Origin: an uncultured Elusimicrobia bacterium
GTDB taxonomy: Bacteria > Elusimicrobiota > Elusimicrobia > UBA1565 > UBA9628
Direction of reading: 5' to 3'
NCBI GenBank assembly: GCA_964358485.1
Contig: CAYHPY010000009.1
Coordinates: 294 to 64,293, forward strand
Length of the DNA: 64,000 nucleotides
Shown: positions 46,571-55,264 of the stretch, piece by piece
Numbering within the stretch: position 1 is the first letter of the stretch
Layout of the letters: each line of letters begins with the position of its first letter
The notes under the pieces: generated by a model
Databases searched by the model: none
What the model saw: the letters and a program-made list of their open reading frames with translations, nothing else
What the model was told of the DNA's origin: nothing
Made by a program: the position numbers and the translations under genes

Positions 46571-46571
46571 G

Positions 46572-47234
46572 CTAGGGTTGGGCTTGGCAGAGCTTCACGG
46601 CCTCGGGGTACTGGACATTGTCTTGCCGGGCGGAGCGGTAGCAAGCCACGGGGTCCACGGCCGATACGCTGCCTTTGCAGAGGACGATGGCTTCCAGGAA
46701 GGCCACATTGGCCTCGCGGGCGTTCTGGTAGCAGCGGGCCGGGGCGTCGGGGGAGACGGAGCCTTCGCAAAGGGTGAGGGCCTCGATGTACGGGACATTG
46801 CGCTCGCGGGCCAGGCCGTAGCAGAGGGCGGGCGCCTCGGAGGAGGGGCTGCGCTTGCAGAGCGTGACCGCCTCTTTATATTGCACCAGCAGGGCGCGGG
46901 CCTTGGAGTAGCAGGCGGCGGGGCCGTCCGGGGAAGGTTGGCTGCGGCAGGCCGAGATGGCTTCGAAATAGCCCATGCCGCGGCGCCGGGCGTCGGAGTA
47001 ACAACGGGCCGGGGCGTCGGAGGCGGGGGTTTCCCGGCAGAGGATGGCGGCGTCGCGGGCCTCGACTCCGTTTTCGCAGGCGCGGCGTTCACAGGCGCTT
47101 TTGCGATTGGCAAATCCCGCCTTGGATTGGGAGACGATGGAGGTGATGGCGGAGGCGGGGAGTTCGGGGAGGGGCTGGGGGGCGGCTACGGAAACGGAGG
47201 CAAGGAAGGGAAGGATGAGGAAAGATGATTTCAT
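46572..47234 (-). CDS. Secreted cysteine-rich helical repeat protein
   Basis: Signal peptide; five or more ~30-aa repeats of PAxCYxxAR...YxEAxxLC. Confidence 0.75.
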   Translation of the reverse strand: MKSSFLILPFLASVSVAAPQPLPELPASAITSIVSQSKAGFANRKSACERRACENGVEARDAAILCRETPASDAPARCYSDARRRGMGYFEAISACRSQPSPDGPAACYSKARALLVQYKEAVTLCKRSPSSEAPALCYGLARERNVPYIEALTLCEGSVSPDAPARCYQNAREANVAFLEAIVLCKGSVSAVDPVACYRSARQDNVQYPEAVKLCQAQP

Positions 47235-47271
47235 GGGTACGACATTATAAACGGACTTTCCGAAAAGAATA

Positions 47272-47334
47272 AGGGTCCAAACGCCCAATGGAACTGGGTC
47301 TTTTAACGGAACCGGTCATGGGTCCAACGGCCTA
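47272..47334. promoter_or_regulatory. Three phased boxes in a divergent promoter (47272, half-site 47295, 47319)
   Basis: AGGGTCcaaaCGCCCA, TGGGTC half-site and TGGGTCcaacGGCCTA; the outer boxes are each 22 nt from TATAAT (minus, 47249) and TATTAT (47357). Confidence 0.7.
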
Positions 47335-47368
47335 ACTAGGTTTCCTCGCGGAAAAGTATTATTCGCTA

Positions 47369-49462
47369 ATGATAAGATTATCCCTCTACGGCATGATAAT
47401 ATTGTTCTCCCCCTTCGGGGTCGAATCCGCCGGCGCCCAGACCTTCTCCGGGCGTCCGGTCCGCTCCTCCCCCGCCGCCGGAGTCCCCGCGCAAATTTCT
47501 CCCGCCCAGATCGCGGCGGGCTACGCGGCCGCCAAGGCGCGGCATCAAACGGCGCTTTCGCTCATCACCTCCATCCCCTCGGCCCAGCGCACCTTCGCCA
47601 ACACCGTCCGCGCTTTTGAATCGGCCGAGGCGGCGTTCTCCGAGGAATCCACCCCCCTTCTGTTTCTGGCCTATGTCTCCCCCGATGAGGCCGTGCGCGC
47701 GGCCGCCGTCGAGGTCGAGAAGCAAGCCGAAATGGATTCCATCGAGGTCTGGTCCCGCCCCGAGCTTTACCAGGCGATGAAGGATTTCTCCGCGCGCGGC
47801 GAGGCCTTGGAGGGCGAGGATCAACGCCTCCTGGATTTCACGCTTCGGGGATTTAAGGAACAGGGCCTGCACCTTCAGGAGGAAAAGAAGGTTGAATTGC
47901 GCCGGGTCCAGGAGCGGCTGTCGGAGCTGGAGATTCAATTCGCCTCGAATATCCGCGAGCACAAGGATTCCCTGGAGGTCTCCGCGGATGATCTGGACGG
48001 GCTCCCGGCCGATTACGCCGAGGGGCTGGAAAAGACTCCGGAAGGGAAATATCTGGTGACGCTGGATTATCCGAGCTATCTGCCGTTCATGCAGTACGCC
48101 AAGAACGGCGAGCTTCGACGGCAGCTGCATCTGAAATATCAGAACAGAGCTACGGAACGGAACGTTCCGATCTTGGAAGAGGCTTTGAGCCTGCGGCACA
48201 AGGCCGCGGGCTTGTTGGATTATCCAAGCTACGCCCATCGGGCTTTGGACAACAATCGGATGGCCAAGGAACCGGGGAAGGTAAAGGCATTTCTGGAGCG
48301 CTTGCGCGCTCTTGTTACCGAGCGCGGCCGCGCCGAGATCGCGGACCTGCTGGCGGTCAAAAAGCAGTCCGATCCCGGGGCCTCCCGAATCGAGCCCTGG
48401 GAACTCTCCTATTATTCCAACATTCTCCGCCGCGCCCGCTACGACCTGGACCCCGAAGAGGTCAAGCAGTATTTCCCGGTCGAGCGCGTGGTCGAGGGGA
48501 CCCTGGCGATCTATCAGGAGTTGCTGGGGCTTCGCTTCGAAGAGGAGAAAGGCGCGGAGGTCTGGCACCCGGAAGTCAAAAAATACCGGATTTTCGACAA
48601 GGAATCGGGCCGCTCGATCGGAACCTTCTTTCTGGACCTCTTTCCCCGGCCGGGCAAGCACAACCACTTCGCCGCCTTCGGCCTGATCCAGGGGCGGGTC
48701 CTGGACGACGGCTCCTACCGGGAGCCGCTCTCGGCCATGGTCGCCAATTTCTCCAAGCCCACGCCCGGAAAGCCCTCCCTGCTCAAGCACGGCGACGTGG
48801 AGACCTTCTTCCACGAGTTCGGCCACATCATGCACCAGACCTTGACCACGGCCCGGCACGCCACCCTTTCGGGCTCCCGGGTGGCCCGGGATTTCGTGGA
48901 GGCCCCCTCCCAGATGATGGAGAACTTCGTCTGGACCAAGGAGGTCCTGGACCGGCTCTCCGGGCATTACCAGGACCCTTCCCGGAAACTTCCCCCCGAG
49001 CTCCTGGAGAAGATGCTGGCGTCCAAGCGCTACAACCAGGCGCTTCATTACCTGGGCCAGATCGCCTACGCCTCCATCGACCTCGCCCTGCACAGCGGCC
49101 TCCCCGGGGACACGACCGCGCTTTTCCTGCGCATGATGGAGGAGATCGGCCTGATTCCCGCCGCTCCCGGGGCGCATCCACAGGCCGGCTTCGGGCACCT
49201 GCTGGGCGGCTATGGGGCGGGCTATTACGGCTACCTGTGGTCGGAAGTCTTCGCGGCCGACGTCTTCTCGCGGTTTCGCAAGGAAGGGCTTCTCAGCCCC
49301 GAGGTGGGCATGGCCTACCGCCGGGCGATCCTGGAGCGGGGCGGCTCCCGGCCGGAGATCGACTCTCTCCGGGAATTTTTAGGGCGTGAGCCCAACGAGG
49401 ACGAATTCCTGGAGGAGCTCAGCCCGCCCGAGGGCCGGAAAGGGGCGGGGACACCACGCTAG
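47369..49462 (+). CDS. M3A oligopeptidase (thimet oligopeptidase-like) with signal peptide
   Basis: LDLFPRPGK, FFHEFGHIMH, DFVEAPSQMMEN and YYGYLWSEV. Confidence 0.95.
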   Translation: MIRLSLYGMIILFSPFGVESAGAQTFSGRPVRSSPAAGVPAQISPAQIAAGYAAAKARHQTALSLITSIPSAQRTFANTVRAFESAEAAFSEESTPLLFLAYVSPDEAVRAAAVEVEKQAEMDSIEVWSRPELYQAMKDFSARGEALEGEDQRLLDFTLRGFKEQGLHLQEEKKVELRRVQERLSELEIQFASNIREHKDSLEVSADDLDGLPADYAEGLEKTPEGKYLVTLDYPSYLPFMQYAKNGELRRQLHLKYQNRATERNVPILEEALSLRHKAAGLLDYPSYAHRALDNNRMAKEPGKVKAFLERLRALVTERGRAEIADLLAVKKQSDPGASRIEPWELSYYSNILRRARYDLDPEEVKQYFPVERVVEGTLAIYQELLGLRFEEEKGAEVWHPEVKKYRIFDKESGRSIGTFFLDLFPRPGKHNHFAAFGLIQGRVLDDGSYREPLSAMVANFSKPTPGKPSLLKHGDVETFFHEFGHIMHQTLTTARHATLSGSRVARDFVEAPSQMMENFVWTKEVLDRLSGHYQDPSRKLPPELLEKMLASKRYNQALHYLGQIAYASIDLALHSGLPGDTTALFLRMMEEIGLIPAAPGAHPQAGFGHLLGGYGAGYYGYLWSEVFAADVFSRFRKEGLLSPEVGMAYRRAILERGGSRPEIDSLREFLGREPNEDEFLEELSPPEGRKGAGTPR

Positions 49463-49501
49463 TGGTGCCCCCCTTGATGGACTAGAATGATGCCCCGGCT
49501 C

Positions 49502-50374
49502 TCAGACGAAGAGAGCCATGAAGGCGTTGAGCCGGCGATAGACGTTCATCAGCAGGCCGTGGTATTCGGTCGGCTGAGGATAGACCTCGACGGGCTCGGG
49601 CAGGTCGGCCGCGCAGATCGGAACGGTGAAGAAGAAAGAGGAGCCGATTCCCTTCCAGCTCTCGGCCCAGATCCGGCCCCCGTGGAGCTGGATCATCGAG
49701 CGGGCCAGGGTCAGGCCCAGGCCGGTTCCGTCGCACTGCTTGCCGTTCTCGGCGGACTGGACGAAGGACTCGAAAATCTTTTCCAGGTCCTTCTCCGGGA
49801 TCCCGCAGCCGGTGTCCTTGACCTTGAAGATCAAAGTGCCCGCGTGCTGGCCGGTTCCTTCCTTAACCGAGATGCTGACGATGCCCCGGGCCGGGGTGAA
49901 CTTCAAAGCGTTGGAGACCAGGTTGGTCAGGACCTGGATGATGCGGTCGGCGTCGGCCATGACGCGGGGCAGGGGGCCCGGGTCTTCCTTGACCAGGCGG
50001 ATCCCCTTGGTGATGGCCCAGGCCTGAAAGCTCTCGGTGACTTCGGAGACCATGTCCCGGCAATCGGTCGCGACCAGCTTCAGATTCATCTTGCCGGAGA
50101 TGACCTTGGTGTAGTCCATGATGTCGTTGACCAAGGTCTGCAGGCGAGAGGTGTTTTTAACGGCCAGGGCCAACATCTGCTTTTCATCGGGGGCCAGCCG
50201 GTCGCCGGTCTGCTCCTGCAGGATCTCAAGGCCCAGGCGGATGGCGGTGACGGGGGCGCGGAGCTCGTGGGTGAGGTAGGAGGCCATCATGGGCTCGGCC
50301 GCCTGTTTGGGTTTTTGGTTGCGGATCACGAGGTCCTCGAACACCGGCTTCTGCGTCGAGATTGTGTCGTTCAT
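49502..50374 (-). CDS. Histidine kinase (HisKA + HATPase_c) without sensor domain
   Basis: THELRAPV, NLVSNALKFT, DTGCGI and GTGLGL. Confidence 0.92.
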   Translation of the reverse strand: MNDTISTQKPVFEDLVIRNQKPKQAAEPMMASYLTHELRAPVTAIRLGLEILQEQTGDRLAPDEKQMLALAVKNTSRLQTLVNDIMDYTKVISGKMNLKLVATDCRDMVSEVTESFQAWAITKGIRLVKEDPGPLPRVMADADRIIQVLTNLVSNALKFTPARGIVSISVKEGTGQHAGTLIFKVKDTGCGIPEKDLEKIFESFVQSAENGKQCDGTGLGLTLARSMIQLHGGRIWAESWKGIGSSFFFTVPICAADLPEPVEVYPQPTEYHGLLMNVYRRLNAFMALFV

Positions 50375-50408
50375 GGTTTTACCCTTGCCCACAGTCTAAC
50401 ACCCACCC

Positions 50409-50447
50409 ATTACAGGGGCATTACAGCGATGTTACGAGGTTGTTACG
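50409..50447. promoter_or_regulatory. Four RTTACR direct repeats at exact 11-bp phase
   Basis: ATTACA 50409, ATTACA 50420, GTTACG 50431, GTTACG 50442. Confidence 0.65.
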
Positions 50448-50540
50448 AACCCACCCCCCCCTCCCCCCTTCTCCGTCGGAGAATGCAGAATTCGTGGAAC
50501 AAAACAGGCCCCTCGCTCGTAATAATGGGTGGAGGGTAGA

Positions 50541-51074
50541 ATGCTGGAGAAACTGATCTCGGAGCACGCGGAGCAGGCCTACGGCTACGCCTGCCGTCTG
50601 ACCGGGGATACCCAGGAGGCAAAAGAGCTGGTGCAAGAAGCGTTTTTTAGGGTGATGCGCAATTTTGAGGATTTTGACCGGTCCCAACCGTTTTCCAACT
50701 GGCTTATGACGATTTTAAGGCACATTCACATGGACGCCCAGCGGAGTTTTGAGCGCCGGAACATAATTTCTCTTGATATTCCTTTGGAATCCGAAGAAGG
50801 GACCCATGGGGACAGCCTCCAGGACGGCCAGGATGACGTTTTGGAGCGCATGACCCGGGAGGATGCGGCGGAGAAGGTCAGGCGGGTCTTGGACCGCCTG
50901 CCGAACGAATACCGGGGGGTTTTGCACCTCTGCGACGTTCAAGGATTGGGCTACGAGGAGATCGCCAAGGTCATGGAGTGCTCGGTGGGGACCGTGAAAT
51001 CGCGGCTGTCCCGGGCGAGGGTGGAACTGCGCAAGCAGGTGCAGGCGGAATATCCCGATTTGGTGGAGGCTTGA
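50541..51074 (+). CDS. ECF RNA polymerase sigma factor (RpoE-like)
   Basis: AKELVQEAFFRV, FSNWLMTI and YEEIAKVMECSVGTVKSRLSRAR. Confidence 0.93.
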   Translation: MLEKLISEHAEQAYGYACRLTGDTQEAKELVQEAFFRVMRNFEDFDRSQPFSNWLMTILRHIHMDAQRSFERRNIISLDIPLESEEGTHGDSLQDGQDDVLERMTREDAAEKVRRVLDRLPNEYRGVLHLCDVQGLGYEEIAKVMECSVGTVKSRLSRARVELRKQVQAEYPDLVEA

Positions 51075-51079
51075 AAGGC

Positions 51080-51589
51080 ATGAAAACTCACGAAACGCCG
51101 GGTTGGGAGGAACAGCTTTCGGCCTACGCCGACTCCGAGCTTTCCCTCCCGGAGCGGGCCCGCGTCGCGGCCCATTTGGCGGGATGCCGTTCCTGCCGGG
51201 GGCGGGTAAAGGGATTGACGGCTCTCAAGGGGGCGGTGAGCCGGGCGCCGGCGCCCGCGCTTCCCGAGGATCTTCGCCAGGCCTTGTTGGGCGAGGCGCG
51301 AAGGTTGGATAGCCGGGAACGGGCAAAACCCGCTTCCTTGCGGGAGCTTTGGCGCGCTTGGAGGATGGTCTTGGTTCCGGCCGGAGCATCCATGGCTTTA
51401 GGCGGGGCGTTGATTCTTCTTCAGCCGGAGCCGCGCGGGCCCGAGGAAGAGGCCGTTTCGGTGGACGCGCTTTTGTCGGAGCATCGGCGTTACGAGGAAG
51501 CCCGGCCGGTCGGCCCCGCCGAGGGGCTTTTGGCGGAGCCGGAGGAAAAGGCGGACGACGAATTCGAATCGGGAGAGGAGGGATTGTGA
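51080..51589 (+). CDS. Zinc-binding (zf-HC2) transmembrane anti-sigma factor
   Basis: LSAYADSEL...HLAGCRSC, followed by a TM segment. Confidence 0.88.
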   Translation: MKTHETPGWEEQLSAYADSELSLPERARVAAHLAGCRSCRGRVKGLTALKGAVSRAPAPALPEDLRQALLGEARRLDSRERAKPASLRELWRAWRMVLVPAGASMALGGALILLQPEPRGPEEEAVSVDALLSEHRRYEEARPVGPAEGLLAEPEEKADDEFESGEEGL

Positions 51590-52572
51590 TTTCGCTTGGG
51601 ATTTTGATGATGGCCGTCGCCGCTTCGGCCGAGTCCGTTCCGTCGCCGGAGGAATTGTTCCGCCGCGTCGTGGAGGCGCCCGCGGCCGTGTTTGCCGGCC
51701 GGGTCCGGACCGAGGGAGCCGACGGCCGCGCGCGGCTTCAAACGATCAAATACGCGCCCGGGGGACGGCTGCGCCGGGAGATCCTGGGCGAGGACGGTCG
51801 CCCCGTCCGGTTGACGGTGTCCGACGGCAAGCGGGAGTGGACCCAGGATTTGAAGAGCGGACGCCATTGGAGCGGGCCGCCCGCCGAGCCTTGGCAGAGG
51901 CGTCTTGGGCCCGATGAGACGGAGCGCGTTTCCTCGGCCTATGAAATGACTTCCTCCACCGGAGAGGCCGTGGCCGGGCGGGAGACTTGGCGCTTGGACC
52001 TGCATCCCAGGACCGGCGCCCGCCCCGGGCGCCGCCTCTGGGTGGACCGCGTCCACGGCCTGGTGCTCAAAAGCCGGAGCGTCCGGCCGGACGGGGAAAA
52101 ATCCCTCGAAACCGGATTCGACGCGATCGTTTTTCCGGAAAAACCGGAGGCGGCGTGGTTCAAATTCGCTCCCCCCGCCGGGGAACCGTCGTACGCTCGG
52201 GCTCAGGCCGATGAGAGCGCCTTGGCGGATGCGCGGCGCGCGGGCCTTGACCCTAAGCTGCCGGCGTGGCTGCCGTCCGGGTTCGTGTTTGAGGGGCTCA
52301 AGGTTCTGGATTACCGGAAAGGCAAGCGGCTGATCCACTTTCGGTTCAGCGATGGGGCCAGCGTGGTCTCCCTGTTCCAGTGCCCCCCGCGCAGCCGTCT
52401 GGATTTCGGAAAGCGCCCGAAGGAGAAAGTGCGCGTGGCCGGTAGCCAAGGATATTTGTCCTGGACCGAGGAGGGAAACCTTTTGGGCTGGGGGACCCCG
52501 GGAGCCCGGATGGTCCTGGTCGGCCCGCTGGGTTTCGACGTTCTCAAGCGCGTGGCGGAGTCCATCCGGTGA
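51586..52572 (+). CDS. MucB/RseB-like periplasmic regulator
   Basis: Signal peptide; VAGRETW, LWVDRVHGLVLK, LPAWLPSGF and FSDGASVVSLFQ. Confidence 0.82.
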   Translation: MISLGILMMAVAASAESVPSPEELFRRVVEAPAAVFAGRVRTEGADGRARLQTIKYAPGGRLRREILGEDGRPVRLTVSDGKREWTQDLKSGRHWSGPPAEPWQRRLGPDETERVSSAYEMTSSTGEAVAGRETWRLDLHPRTGARPGRRLWVDRVHGLVLKSRSVRPDGEKSLETGFDAIVFPEKPEAAWFKFAPPAGEPSYARAQADESALADARRAGLDPKLPAWLPSGFVFEGLKVLDYRKGKRLIHFRFSDGASVVSLFQCPPRSRLDFGKRPKEKVRVAGSQGYLSWTEEGNLLGWGTPGARMVLVGPLGFDVLKRVAESIR

Positions 52573-53231
52573 ACGCGGCCGAAGCGGCCCCGGCCGAGCG
52601 TCCTCGGGAGAGGCTGGCCCGTTTGGGGCCGGAGGCGCTCAAGGATCAGGAATTGGTGGCGTTGATCCTTCGCACGGGTTATCCGGGGCGGGGAGCGATG
52701 GACTTGGCGGCGTCTCTCATCAACGACCACCCGCGGGGTTTGGGCAGGGTTCCCTACGGGGTCCTGCGCCGGGTCAAAGGCGTGGGCGCCAGCCGGGGCG
52801 CGGCGATGGTCGCGGCCTTCGAGCTGGCGCGCCGGGAAGGGGCCGTGGACCCGCGGCCGGTTCTGGACAGTCCCGCGCGGGTGCTGGAGCACGTTCCCAA
52901 AGCGGTGCTCGAGGCGCGCAAGGAGCACTTCCTGGCCTTCTACCTCAACGGCCGGAGCCAGTTGATCGGCTCCGAAACGATCTCCATCGGGACCTTGTCG
53001 GCCAGCCTCGTCCACCCCCGGGAGGTGTTCCAGCCGGCCATTTCCCATTCGGCGGCGGCGCTGGTGGTGGCGCACAACCATCCCTCCGGCGACTGCTCCC
53101 CCTCCCCGGAGGACCGGGAGGCCACCCGGCGCCTGGCGCGCTGCGGGGAACTGCTCGGAATCCCCCTCCTGGACCATGTCGTCGTCTCCGCCCGCGGCTT
53201 CTTCAGCTTCAAAGAAAGAGGTATGCTTTGA
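52569..53231 (+). CDS. radC: RadC family JAB-domain protein
   Basis: ERPRERL, ELVALILRTG, VHPREVF and HNHPSGD...LLDHVVV. Confidence 0.95.
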   Translation: MNAAEAAPAERPRERLARLGPEALKDQELVALILRTGYPGRGAMDLAASLINDHPRGLGRVPYGVLRRVKGVGASRGAAMVAAFELARREGAVDPRPVLDSPARVLEHVPKAVLEARKEHFLAFYLNGRSQLIGSETISIGTLSASLVHPREVFQPAISHSAAALVVAHNHPSGDCSPSPEDREATRRLARCGELLGIPLLDHVVVSARGFFSFKERGML

Positions 53232-53234
53232 GTC

Positions 53235-54050
53235 GTGGGTAACAAGACTCTCGGGGCCCTGGGCGCGATCCTGATTCTCACGGGCGCCGCCGGCTGCGAC
53301 TTCGTGCGGTGGAAGGCCGCCGAGTATTACGCCAAGGCCCGGCGTTTTCCGGAGGCCATTCGGGCTTACGAGGACGTCGCCCGGCGCAGCCTGGACCGCC
53401 CCCGCGCCTGCCGGGCGCATGTGAGGGCGGGCGACATCTACGCCAAAGAATTATCGCGCTGCGAGGAAGCCCGCCGTCATTACGAGTCCGCGGTGCGCGG
53501 CTTCGAGGAGCAGGCCGCCTGCGTGGAGCAGGCCAAGGCGGGGCTGTTGAGCTGTCCGGACTATTTCCCCACCGACGCGGGCCGGACCTGGGTGTACGGC
53601 GACTCCGCCAGTAAGGGTAAAAACATGCGCCTGGAGTGGGAGCTTCGGCTTTCCAAGGACGGAAAACGCGAGATCGTCGGGGGTCTTTTCGCCGGCAACA
53701 AAAAGATTTCCGACCAAAACGCGAAATACGCCAAGGAAGGTTGGGCGGTCTGGGAAGAGACGGCCGGCGGCAAAACGGTCATCCTCCGCTATCCCTACCA
53801 GACCGGCCAAAGTTGGGAGGGGCGCTCCGGCGGCCACCCGGTCGAGTTCTCGGTCGAGGACGACGCCGCCCGGGTGGAAACGGCCGCCGGGGTCTTCACC
53901 GGCTGCCTCAAGGTCAAGGAGCGCGACCGCCGGTTTCCCGGGACTTGGAAGATCACCTACTACGCTCCGGGGGTGGGCCGCATCAAGACCAGCATCGGGG
54001 GGCCGGGGTTCGAGAATCCCAATACGGAACTGCTGAGTTGGAAAAAATGA
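53235..54050 (+). CDS. Lipoprotein with TPR-like helices and C-terminal beta domain
   Basis: AAGC lipobox; TPR-like region; YFP...TWVY...VETAAGVFTGCLKV...YYAPGVG. Confidence 0.7.
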   Translation: MGNKTLGALGAILILTGAAGCDFVRWKAAEYYAKARRFPEAIRAYEDVARRSLDRPRACRAHVRAGDIYAKELSRCEEARRHYESAVRGFEEQAACVEQAKAGLLSCPDYFPTDAGRTWVYGDSASKGKNMRLEWELRLSKDGKREIVGGLFAGNKKISDQNAKYAKEGWAVWEETAGGKTVILRYPYQTGQSWEGRSGGHPVEFSVEDDAARVETAAGVFTGCLKVKERDRRFPGTWKITYYAPGVGRIKTSIGGPGFENPNTELLSWKK

Positions 54051-54106
54051 TTCCGGGGCCCCCCGTTTGGTAAAATAGCGAGGGCCGCCCCAAGGGGCGG
54101 CCGGTC

Positions 54107-55264
54107 ATGAAGCTTCCCCGCCCCCTCTCGCACTCCTCGATCACGCTCTACACGGAGTGCCCTCAGAAATACAAATTCAAGTACGTCGACAAGATCCCGG
54201 AGAAGCCCCGCCACTTTTTCTCCTTCGGCTCCAGCGTCCACCTCGCGCTGGAATTTTTCTACGGGGCCAAGGAGCCGCCCGCCCCTTCCCTGCTTGAGCT
54301 CCTGCGGCATTACAAGGAAATCTGGATCAGCGCGGGGTACAAGGACGCGGGCCAGGAGGCCGAGTATTTCCAGGACGGCAAGGACATCCTCACGGCCTTT
54401 CATAAGAAGCATTCGGACACCTACGAGGTCCCGTTCTCCGTCGAATACCATTTCAACCTCCTGGTCGGCTCCGTGCCGGTGACGGGAAAGATCGACCGCG
54501 TGGACAAGCTCCCGGACGGGCGCCTGGCCATCCTCGACTACAAAACCGGAAAATCCATCCCGTCGGCCCGGATCGCCGAGGACGCCCAGCTGACCATGTA
54601 CCAGCTCGCCTGCGAGCAAACGCTCGGCGCCAAGGTGGGCCGGCTGACTCTTTATCACCTTCCCACCCTCAAGGAGCACGTGACCGAGCGCCATGACGCC
54701 GGCCTGGTGGAGAACCTTTCCAAAAAGATCGTTCACACCGCCGCCTCCATCGAGGGGGAGCGCTTCCCGCCCCTGCCGGAAGAGCGCAAATGCATGTGGT
54801 GCGATTACAAGCCCCTCTGCCCGGTGTTCAAATCCCAATTCCCGACGGCCCCCCTCCCCGCAGCGGCCGGACCGGCGGGGGCGGACGCGGAATTGGCGGA
54901 GCTCGTGGACCGTTACGGCGACCTGCTTTCCGACGCCGAGAAGTTGAAGGCCGAAGCCGCGGCCCTCAAGGGGAAAATCCTGGCCCTCCTCCTGGAGAAG
55001 GGGTTCATCCGGGTCTTCGGCAAACGCTATGAGCTGACCCGGACCTCTCTCGAAAAATGGGACTTCACCGACCGCAAGCGGGTGGTGGAAATCATCCGGC
55101 GCGCGGGGCTTTACGAAAAAATTCTGGCGCCGTCCTCTCCCTTGGTCGCCCAGTTGATGGACGACCTCAAGGCCCCCCCGGACATCCGCAAGGAACTCTC
55201 GGCCCTGGCCCGCAAAGTCGAGGAGGTCGAGCTCACGCTCAAGCCTCTGCCGGAGGAGTCGTGA
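54107..55264 (+). CDS. PD-(D/E)XK nuclease (RecB/AddB/Cas4-like) with predicted Fe-S cluster
   Basis: LSHSSI...CPQKY, GKIDRVD...ILDYKTG, QLTMY and CMWCDYKPLCP. Confidence 0.88.
   Translation: MKLPRPLSHSSITLYTECPQKYKFKYVDKIPEKPRHFFSFGSSVHLALEFFYGAKEPPAPSLLELLRHYKEIWISAGYKDAGQEAEYFQDGKDILTAFHKKHSDTYEVPFSVEYHFNLLVGSVPVTGKIDRVDKLPDGRLAILDYKTGKSIPSARIAEDAQLTMYQLACEQTLGAKVGRLTLYHLPTLKEHVTERHDAGLVENLSKKIVHTAASIEGERFPPLPEERKCMWCDYKPLCPVFKSQFPTAPLPAAAGPAGADAELAELVDRYGDLLSDAEKLKAEAAALKGKILALLLEKGFIRVFGKRYELTRTSLEKWDFTDRKRVVEIIRRAGLYEKILAPSSPLVAQLMDDLKAPPDIRKELSALARKVEEVELTLKPLPEES

Noticed and set aside
42849-46571. Classical integron or prophage
   Set aside because: No integrase, no canonical attC R/L box structure and no phage genes seen; kept only as a cassette-like hypothesis.
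54107-55264. Cas4-like nuclease as evidence of CRISPR-Cas
   Set aside because: No cas1/cas2 or array nearby; stand-alone PD-(D/E)XK proteins of this type are common.
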